57,004 nucleotides of DNA from a virus: IMG/VR virus record IMGVR_UViG_3300047497_000008, positions 1 through 57,004 of that record. One strand, written 5' to 3'. Made by a program: the position numbers and the translations under genes. Under the pieces are notes generated by a model that searched no databases, was not told the origin of the DNA, and saw only the letters and a list, made by a program, of their open reading frames with translations. This document shows, piece by piece, positions 15,084 through 21,570 of the stretch (position 1 is the first letter of the stretch; each line of letters begins with the position of its first letter).

Positions 15084-15290
15084 ATGAGGTTCCCATTCGA
15101 GCGTGGTTTCCGGGCCGCGTTACTGCTGACGGCGAGCAAGTGTGCCGCTTCTATCCCGTGCTACAATCGCGTGACGGAGCGGTGGGCTTTCGATGGAGCG
15201 CGAGACGCGTTCGATCGGTATTTGCAACGTGAGTTCCGCGCATTCGCGGAGCGACTGAGAGGATCGCCCGATGGCAAAACCACTGCTTGA
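15084..15290 (+). CDS. hypothetical protein
   Basis: ATG 15084 lies 8 nt after the palindrome and the RBS is weak. The track ORF 15006..15290 overlaps the Arc-like gene. Confidence 0.45.
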   Translation: MRFPFERGFRAALLLTASKCAASIPCYNRVTERWAFDGARDAFDRYLQREFRAFAERLRGSPDGKTTA

Positions 15291-15681
15291 CGAGTTGTTC
15301 CCGGGAGACGCATACGACGCGGCTTTCGAGGCTCTGCGAGACGCACTACTCACCGACATGCGCGCTACGCCGAACGCGGAGGAGGCCGACGCACTGCGAA
15401 AAGAAGCGATGGCGACCATAATCGAGTGCCTGACTCAAATACAACCGGGCACCGACCACTCGCTAGTGACGTGCATCGCCCGATCATGTATAGGTCACGG
15501 CGCACCGGCAGCGCTGTTGCCGGAGGTATTCATGCTACTGGCCGGAGCCGCATGCGAAGGCGCCGGCGAGAGCAAGGCGGGCATGTACAGCACGGCTATG
15601 TACGCGCTCAACCTCGGCTATGAGCGCTCCGCCGCCAGCGTCATCAACATCGTTTCGTGCGAACGTATTAAGGGGGAGTAG
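15271..15681 (+). CDS. hypothetical protein
   Basis: 136-aa ORF with GAGAGGA 7 nt upstream. Confidence 0.6.
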   Translation: MAKPLLDELFPGDAYDAAFEALRDALLTDMRATPNAEEADALRKEAMATIIECLTQIQPGTDHSLVTCIARSCIGHGAPAALLPEVFMLLAGAACEGAGESKAGMYSTAMYALNLGYERSAASVINIVSCERIKGE

Positions 15682-15685
15682 TACC

Positions 15686-16069
15686 ATGCCGAAAGACGAT
15701 ATGAACAAGCCGACGTATCTGGTGGCGTTTCGCACGTTTCCACGCGCTCTTGCTGCCGTCGATCGTCACATGCGAGCACATGCAATCAAGCACGGCGACA
15801 ATCCGCGAGAATTTCTCAATGTTCAAGACGGATACCGTCGATACAGTGAAGCGCTGTTGCGGCACGTCGGCCGAATCGGCGAAGGCTCCGCGCTCGCTCA
15901 TGCGGTCGCGGTTGCCGCCAACGCGTTGATCGCACTTGAGATTGCCCTGGAGCATGACACGTTGGAACCAAGTTCCGAGGCGCAACAGCTCACGCTCGAT
16001 CGTGCCGCGTTCCTCAAGGATCGATACGACGGCGTGCCGGGCGGCGATCACCCGAACGGAAAAATCTGA
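15686..16069 (+). CDS. helical NTP-diphosphohydrolase-like protein (DUF5664-type, tentative)
   Basis: AGGGGGAG RBS. AIKHGDNPREFLNV..YRRYSEALLRHVGRI..ALAHAVAVAANALIALE resembles the KYG..NW..RH..H pattern. Confidence 0.5.
   Translation: MPKDDMNKPTYLVAFRTFPRALAAVDRHMRAHAIKHGDNPREFLNVQDGYRRYSEALLRHVGRIGEGSALAHAVAVAANALIALEIALEHDTLEPSSEAQQLTLDRAAFLKDRYDGVPGGDHPNGKI
15964..15976. repeat. GGAACCAAGTTCC degenerate copy
   Basis: Inside gene 15686..16069. The 5-bp arms GGAAC/GTTCC are kept. Confidence 0.5.
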
Positions 16070-16159
16070 TCCGACTTACGAATCTTTCTTGACACTCAAC
16101 CACGGCAATCGCATTGTGCGTTTGTCACTTCCCGACAACATCTTTCAGGAGGCTACCAA

Positions 16160-17296
16160 ATGCCCGACACCGCTGGCGAAGCAACCGCCGGAATCGATGT
16201 TCCGTCCATTCTCACTCACATGGGCGCCGTCAAGCGCAACTATTGGATGGCCGATCTGGACATGATCCACATCCGGCCGGATTTCAACAAGCGGGACAAG
16301 AAAGATCCCGAGTATGGCGCGCATATCGATCTGCTCACGCGCAACATGCTGGAGGAAGGCTTTCGCGAAGACCGGCCGCTGCTTGTCAAGATCGCCAACG
16401 TCTCCGGTCTCGATCGCCTCGTGCTGGTGGATGGAGAGTCCCGTATGCTCGCCGTCGCCAAGGCCAACGAGTCGCTGCCCGAGGAACGCAAGATCGTCGC
16501 CGTCCCGATCATCGTCAAAACGGACCTGACGCCCGAAGAAGAGCTGCTGACCATGGTTCGCTCGAATCAAGGGCGTCCGTTTACGCCGATCGAGCTGGGA
16601 TCGGTGATCGTGGATTACATGAACCTGCCCACGGCTACCGGTGAAAAGCGCGGCGACAACGAAGTGGCGGCGCAGTTCAACGTGACTCCGCGCTACATCA
16701 ACGATCTGCTCCTGCTCGCCAAGGCACCGAAGTACCTCAAGGATCTCGTCGCGGCTGGCACCGTTTCCAGTACGCTCGTTCGTGAAGAGCTGCGCGCCGA
16801 CCCGAAGAAGGCCACTGCCCGGTTCAAGGAAGCCGTCGCCGCCATGAAGGCGGCGGGCAAGGACAAGATCACGAAGAAGTACCTGCTGAAAGCGGGCGCG
16901 GAGACGCCGGCCGAAGGAGAGCCGCCTGTCGTCAAGTCGTACAAGCTGAACGACGCGGATTTCCCGAAGGCCGCGATCCAATACGCCCTGGATACCATGA
17001 TTCACGGCGAAGATCCGACGGCACAGCTCCTGTGGCTGGATGCCTGGAGCAGCGGCGACACGGAAGCCGTCGCCGATCTGGAGAAATACAAGGGCTGGCC
17101 GGCTGGGAGCACGAACAACCCGAAGGCTCGCACGGTCAAGCCGCCCAAGAAGGCTCGCAAGCCCAAGGCGCCGAAGGAAGGCACCAAGGCGGCCGAGAAC
17201 GTCAAGAAGGACACCGCTGCCGCCGCGAAGACGCCCGGCAGGCGGAAGCCCCAGGCGACGGCGCCCGCCGCCGACGACGGACTCGCCGGGCTCTAA
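16160..17296 (+). CDS. ParB/KorB-family protein (N-terminal ParB/Srx domain + HTH + basic tail); no ParA partner
   Basis: AGGAGG RBS. N-domain IHIRPDFNKR and LVLVDGESRMLAV (GxxR box). HTH region RSNQGRPFTPIELG...VAAQFNVTPRYINDLLLLAKAP. K/P/A-rich C-terminus. Confidence 0.85.
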   Translation: MPDTAGEATAGIDVPSILTHMGAVKRNYWMADLDMIHIRPDFNKRDKKDPEYGAHIDLLTRNMLEEGFREDRPLLVKIANVSGLDRLVLVDGESRMLAVAKANESLPEERKIVAVPIIVKTDLTPEEELLTMVRSNQGRPFTPIELGSVIVDYMNLPTATGEKRGDNEVAAQFNVTPRYINDLLLLAKAPKYLKDLVAAGTVSSTLVREELRADPKKATARFKEAVAAMKAAGKDKITKKYLLKAGAETPAEGEPPVVKSYKLNDADFPKAAIQYALDTMIHGEDPTAQLLWLDAWSSGDTEAVADLEKYKGWPAGSTNNPKARTVKPPKKARKPKAPKEGTKAAENVKKDTAAAAKTPGRRKPQATAPAADDGLAGL

Positions 17297-17365
17297 GCCC
17301 AAGGGTCGACTCTACTCCCGGCGCTGCCCGATACGCGGCGCCGGGAAGTTACAGGAGAACGAGTT

Positions 17366-17569
17366 ATGTGGCACGGAAGGCCGTTGACCCTTACGAGATC
17401 CGAGCGCAAAACCGCCGACGAGCTGAAGCCCGTCGTCATGCCGCTGGCGAAAGAGCTGTACCCGAAGTTCGACCGCTGGCCGGATTACAGTCGGGATCAA
17501 GCACTACGCCGACTTATTCGGCTCGTCTCGATCCTGCGTATGCTAGGCTGGACGCCGCCCGTATCATGA
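17366..17569 (+). CDS. hypothetical protein
   Basis: 67-aa ORF with an AGGAGA RBS. Confidence 0.6.
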   Translation: MWHGRPLTLTRSERKTADELKPVVMPLAKELYPKFDRWPDYSRDQALRRLIRLVSILRMLGWTPPVS

Positions 17570-18057
17570 CTCAGGATCTCCCGCGCCCCTGCATGATCGT
17601 GGCCGGCTCCCGGTCGATCTATAACTACAAGCTGACACTGCAAGCGGTCAAACGTGTCGTCATGATCCTGCATCACGACACCCCAAAGTCGATCATGTCC
17701 GGCATGGCGGCGCGCGGCCCTGACTCTCATGCAGGTACGATCGCAATCATGCTTGGCCTTCCCCTCATTCCACGCCCGGCAAAATGGTTCCCCAACGGCA
17801 AGAACGCGCCGATGGACCGTGGCGCCGGCTTCAAGCGAAACGCCCAAATGGCGGTCGAAGCGGATCTGCTCACAGCCATGTGGGATGGCGAGTCACGTGG
17901 CACGGCGCACATGATCTGCGCCATGCTGGATTTACGCAAACCTGTTTATGTGTTCAACGTCGGAGGGAGACAGTACGATGTGGAAGAGTTCACCGAGCAG
18001 GCTCGAGTCGTCCTGGCACGGACGGAATACCAATCCCGAGAAGCTGGTACCGATTAA
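17566..18057 (+). CDS. SLOG-superfamily protein (DUF2493 / YspA-DprA-like)
   Basis: ATGA overlap with the upstream stop. Motifs MIVAGSRSI...IMSGMAARGPDSHAG...GAGFKRNAQMAVEADLLTAMWDGESRGTAHM. Confidence 0.7.
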   Translation: MTQDLPRPCMIVAGSRSIYNYKLTLQAVKRVVMILHHDTPKSIMSGMAARGPDSHAGTIAIMLGLPLIPRPAKWFPNGKNAPMDRGAGFKRNAQMAVEADLLTAMWDGESRGTAHMICAMLDLRKPVYVFNVGGRQYDVEEFTEQARVVLARTEYQSREAGTD

Positions 18058-18229
18058 ATATCCACCGAACCGCGCCGATGCGCTATTCTGGATCATCGTT
18101 ACGCTCGTGATGATTCTGTTTTTTATTTTCATCGCGGCCACGTTCGTCTTTCTGCTTACGCCGACGTGCTCGCTGTCGCCGTATCACGCCGAGCTGAATC
18201 GGCTACCGGGCGAGTGGAGTCCACCATGA
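17978..18229 (+). CDS. small membrane protein
   Basis: GGAGGGAGA RBS. TM segment ALFWIIVTLVMILFFIFIAATFVFLL. It overlaps the SLOG gene's 3' end by 80 nt. Confidence 0.45.
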   Translation: MWKSSPSRLESSWHGRNTNPEKLVPIKYPPNRADALFWIIVTLVMILFFIFIAATFVFLLTPTCSLSPYHAELNRLPGEWSPP

Positions 18230-18447
18230 GCGGCTATCTGGTACGTTGCTACGGCAAGCAATACTCCCTCTATCATGATGAGGCGCCGACGATCAAAGAC
18301 GGTCGTACGCCGGCCGGCGAGCTGGTAGACCCCGGCTACCCGAAAAAGATACCCGATCGATATGCGCGCCTGTCGTTCAAGGCGATCGTCGGCCTCGACA
18401 TGGCGTGCCAACTTGAGGACAAGGAAAAGGCGCCGAAAGGCGCCTGA
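18226..18447 (+). CDS. hypothetical protein (last gene of the plus-strand block)
   Basis: ATGA overlap with the upstream stop. 73 aa. Confidence 0.55.
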   Translation: MSGYLVRCYGKQYSLYHDEAPTIKDGRTPAGELVDPGYPKKIPDRYARLSFKAIVGLDMACQLEDKEKAPKGA

Positions 18448-18455
18448 TCCATCCC

Positions 18456-18468
18456 GGAACTTAGTTCC
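18456..18468. repeat. GGAACTTAGTTCC palindrome (+GAGTGT flank)
   Basis: The only structured element in the 27-nt convergent gap between the plus and minus operon ends. Confidence 0.95.
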
Positions 18469-18474
18469 GAGTGT

Positions 18475-18891
18475 CTAATGTACAGATCCGTAAACGACGT
18501 TTGATGTTGCGACCTGGACCTGCACTTTCTGAAGATCCTTCACGATACCGTCGAGCCATTTCGCGGACTCGGCAGTAACGAGTTCCGGGGTTTCCGCGCT
18601 ACAGAACTTCGTCCCGTATGCGTTGAGGCTCGCGACAACCTCGGACGCCGGCACAAGCCCGGCAGCTCCGGGGATATACTTCCCGACGAGCCCGGCACCG
18701 TCCGTCAACGCGGACACGATCGGCGAGCCGTATGCCTCCCATTGGCCGCACATACCGGACTCGAACTTGGACACTTTGGCCGCTCCCGCGTCGATCGCCG
18801 CCGTGTCCGTCTCGACTTGTTCCGGCGTCAGCGCGCACCCTGCAAGGGTGAACGCCAACGCGAGAACCAGTGCGACACGAAACCCGTTCAC
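18475..18891 (-). CDS. lipoprotein (last gene of the late operon)
   Basis: GTG start overlaps the upstream stop (GTGA). Signal peptide with lipobox: MNGFRVALVLALAFTLAG|C. Confidence 0.7.
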   Translation of the reverse strand: MNGFRVALVLALAFTLAGCALTPEQVETDTAAIDAGAAKVSKFESGMCGQWEAYGSPIVSALTDGAGLVGKYIPGAAGLVPASEVVASLNAYGTKFCSAETPELVTAESAKWLDGIVKDLQKVQVQVATSNVVYGSVH

Positions 18892-19184
18892 GTTGCGGCT
18901 TTCGTGGCGAGGACGTTGCCGGTTGCATTGCCGGTGGATGGCACCTTCAACAGATCCTCGATCAGCGTTGCGCCCTCGTTCACCGCCGAATCCACCTTGG
19001 CGATCGTGACGTTGCCAGGGATCTGTGCCTTGAGGTCGTTTACCGTCTTGACAACGGCGTTGAGCACGGCCAGCTCCGTCTCCGTAGTAAAGCCCTTGGA
19101 CTTCAAGTCGATCAGCGACTTGACGAGCGCCGGCGCGTCTTCCGCCAGATCCACCACGATACCGAGATAGTCAAATGCCGACAT
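18888..19184 (-). CDS. hypothetical protein
   Basis: 98-aa ORF with an AGGAGAGGA RBS. Confidence 0.65.
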   Translation of the reverse strand: MSAFDYLGIVVDLAEDAPALVKSLIDLKSKGFTTETELAVLNAVVKTVNDLKAQIPGNVTIAKVDSAVNEGATLIEDLLKVPSTGNATGNVLATKAAT

Positions 19185-19269
19185 TGTTTGATCCTCTCCT
19201 GATTATGAACACTAAAACACGACGGCCAATGCTATGGCCGCGACGGATATTACCAGAATCCCGCGTGTC

Positions 19270-19767
19270 TCACAACGTCTCTAAGCTCGGTTGGCCCAAC
19301 AGATCCGCTGTCCATCCCGATAAACTAAACACGCGCCCTTTGATACTCGGTAACGCGTTCTCCCAACCGCGCCGGTAGTGCTGCAAAAACCCTTCCAACG
19401 ATGGCCGACCTGGATAGCAGTTCGGCGCCCCGTCGATCGGGCACCCGGCGAGAACTACTTTCGTCGCCCCTAGGTGAAACGCGACTTCGCACGCGTAGAG
19501 CGCGCTTGTGCCGTGCCAGCCATGCGTCATCGGAACCAAGTCCGTCACAGCTACGCCGTCGTCAACGTGAGAATAGATCGGCCCACCGTGGCCGCGCCAC
19601 TTGTGAGCCGCTTCCGCGTGCAGCGTGGCGCCGGCGATCCGCGGCCCGATGTACTTGAGCATCATGTCGTTTACCGGGATGACGCAGCCGGTTTCCAGTA
19701 GCGGCGGGATCTTGGCGAGATCGGCCCAAACGCATTGAGCGGACCCTACTACGACAAACGTACTCAT
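19270..19767 (-). CDS. hypothetical protein
   Basis: ATG 19767 has GAGG 6 nt upstream. The track start at GTG 19800 has no RBS. Confidence 0.55.
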   Translation of the reverse strand: MSTFVVVGSAQCVWADLAKIPPLLETGCVIPVNDMMLKYIGPRIAGATLHAEAAHKWRGHGGPIYSHVDDGVAVTDLVPMTHGWHGTSALYACEVAFHLGATKVVLAGCPIDGAPNCYPGRPSLEGFLQHYRRGWENALPSIKGRVFSLSGWTADLLGQPSLETL

Positions 19768-19857
19768 GGACGCCTCATAAGTGTAGGTTTTGCCGGGCAC
19801 TGGATAGGGGAAACGGTGTAAGGCGCTAGGGTGGTAGCCAAAATCATCTAACCCCTC

Positions 19858-20283
19858 TCAGCGCTCATCTGCGGGCGTCTTTGACGACGACGACGGTTTT
19901 CCGATCGGGTCTACGGGAGCTGCCGGGTCTTCTTCGGGCATAAGATCCTCCAGAAACGGGATCGGAGGCACCATCTCGGGATTGCGCGCGGCGTACCGTT
20001 CGTTGTTCCAGTTGTGCCGCATGGCGTGCGCGAGGCGATCGAGATGCCGGCAAGCGCGCTCCCACGCTTCGGCTTTGCGCTCCATCGCGTACAGCGCTCG
20101 CTCAAGCCGATCGTTCTGGCGCTCAAGCCGATCGGTGTACTCGCGCATTGTGGCATCGAGCTGTGTTCGGTCCAACAGCGTAGTCGTCACCGCACGCCTG
20201 GACGCGAACCACTCGCGCAATGTTACGCCGACCCCGGCAGGCAGCATCCCGATAAGCAACGCAATGATTTCGTGTATCGGCAT
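19858..20283 (-). CDS. membrane-anchored coiled-coil protein (i-spanin-like)
   Basis: N-terminal TM IIALLIGMLPAGVGV, coiled coil RLERQNDRLERALYAMERKAEAWE and a Pro-rich tail. It lies in the lysis block. Confidence 0.5.
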   Translation of the reverse strand: MPIHEIIALLIGMLPAGVGVTLREWFASRRAVTTTLLDRTQLDATMREYTDRLERQNDRLERALYAMERKAEAWERACRHLDRLAHAMRHNWNNERYAARNPEMVPPIPFLEDLMPEEDPAAPVDPIGKPSSSSKTPADER

Positions 20284-20284
20284 G

Positions 20285-20716
20285 TCATTTGCGCTCGCCC
20301 CAAAGACGACAAAAAGCCACCGTGTTAACGAAAACGGGGAGCATGTACCACGCTACGCCGCCAACCAGCCGACCCTCGTAGACGAAATTCTCCAGCGCGA
20401 TCGTCAGAATGTAGGACGCGAGTCCAGCGGTAACGAAGCGCCACGCGACATTGTTCGCGAGCACCGCGATGAGCTGGCCGGCGCTGGCGAACAAGGAGAT
20501 CACCATACACACCCATTCCGGCGCTACATGCTGGATCGCGGAAAAATGTTTTACCGCGTGAGGATCTTCCGTCGTTAGGCAGATTATGGACCAACACAAG
20601 AAGAACAGAGACGTGGCAAACTCCATCCACCATGTAGGTTGAACGAACATTTCGCGGCAGTGTTTCCACACCCGCGCTCCGGCTCCATCGTGATTGAAGA
20701 GTGCCATGTCTGTCAT
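20285..20716 (-). CDS. multi-pass membrane protein (holin-like or lysis accessory)
   Basis: About 4 hydrophobic helices, for example FATSLFFLCWSIICL and WVCMVISLFASAGQLIAVL. Confidence 0.5.
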   Translation of the reverse strand: MTDMALFNHDGAGARVWKHCREMFVQPTWWMEFATSLFFLCWSIICLTTEDPHAVKHFSAIQHVAPEWVCMVISLFASAGQLIAVLANNVAWRFVTAGLASYILTIALENFVYEGRLVGGVAWYMLPVFVNTVAFCRLWGERK

Positions 20717-20759
20717 GTCCGGCCAGCCCCGCTGTGTTTCGTGGATTGGGAGTTGATCC

Positions 20760-21251
20760 CTACGTGATGATTGCTTGCTTGTAGGTATCGTATGCTTGGA
20801 CTGCGCTCGTCATGGATTTGGTAACTTCCTCGATCGTCGCGGCGCCCAACACCGTGTTGTAAACTCGTTTGTAGTAAGCCGCGAGTGCTGGAGCGTCTCC
20901 CGCGTCGGGCAGCGGCGCCGGATCGACATAATACCTGAGTCGGCACAGCGCGCACGCAAGATACAGATTCCCCGGTAGCTGCGCCAGCGCGGACACCGAA
21001 GGCATCGCAAACGCGGCCAGCTTCTCGGCGAACCGCTCTGGCACACGCGCATAGAGATCCGCTACGGTAGCCGGCTCCAACTGCCACGGCGACACGGCTG
21101 GACCGCGTATCTGGATCAGGTACGTCCCGGCGTTTGACTCCTGAATTGCGGTTCCCAGCACGAGCTGTTCCGCTGCCGGGCTGTCGAGCATTAGATACGT
21201 CAGCGTAGGAGCGATGACCGCCTGAAGCAGTTGCGAGAGGTCGATACCCAT
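20760..21251 (-). CDS. putative endolysin (lytic transglycosylase-like)
   Basis: GTAIQESNAG resembles the SLT catalytic E-S motif. It lies between two membrane-protein genes. Confidence 0.5.
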   Translation of the reverse strand: MGIDLSQLLQAVIAPTLTYLMLDSPAAEQLVLGTAIQESNAGTYLIQIRGPAVSPWQLEPATVADLYARVPERFAEKLAAFAMPSVSALAQLPGNLYLACALCRLRYYVDPAPLPDAGDAPALAAYYKRVYNTVLGAATIEEVTKSMTSAVQAYDTYKQAIIT

Positions 21252-21252
21252 C

Positions 21253-21265
21253 GGAACTAAGTTCC
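21253..21265. repeat. GGAACTAAGTTCC palindrome
   Basis: Its centre supplies the TAG stop of 21257..21514. It ends 2 nt before ATG 21251. Confidence 0.95.
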
Positions 21266-21514
21266 TTGTGTTGGCGGCGCGGCGGGAGGGAGCTTGTCGG
21301 CAGTCGTGAGGGAGCGGCCCACGATGCCGACAATCAGGACTCCGACCGTCACGCGGATGATTAAGTGGTAAGGAAGTTCCGCCTTGATATCGTCCGGTAG
21401 AACTTCAAGCGAACTGAGAAGCGCGATGCTCGCGGCCATCGCTTGAGTGGAAACGTAAGAGAAAATCCGATGTGCGTTCGGGATAAACCGAATATCTAGC
21501 GGGTTCAAATTCAC
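21257..21514 (-). CDS. small two-TM membrane protein (holin candidate)
   Basis: GTG start with AGGAG 7 nt upstream. Its TAG stop is the centre of the palindrome at 21253-21265. Confidence 0.5.
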   Translation of the reverse strand: MNLNPLDIRFIPNAHRIFSYVSTQAMAASIALLSSLEVLPDDIKAELPYHLIIRVTVGVLIVGIVGRSLTTADKLPPAAPPTQGT

Positions 21515-21570
21515 GATCGGACTCCTGTATCACGTTGCTTATACTTAACACGTTACGGCGCTATTGTAAA

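Noticed and set aside
16145-17302. 385-aa minus-strand ORF antisense to the ParB-like gene
   Set aside because: It is Arg/Leu/Gly-rich and low-complexity, has no RBS and is fully antisense to a gene with clear ParB motifs. This is a typical high-GC shadow ORF.
17032-17565. N-terminal 178 codons of the 341-aa ORF 17032..18057
   Set aside because: This Arg-rich extension overlaps the ParB gene and 17366..17569. The SLOG-like domain starts at ATG 17566, with an ATGA overlap to the upstream stop.
19865-20156. Embedded o-spanin inside the i-spanin-like gene
   Set aside because: The two overlapping alternative-frame ORFs (66 and 81 aa) lack a signal peptide and lipobox, so no embedded lipoprotein is supported.
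20713-21333. 206-aa ORF overlapping the endolysin and holin-like genes
   Set aside because: It is an alternative frame of the better-supported 20760..21251 and 21257..21514 genes, with Arg/Ser/Ala-rich shadow composition.
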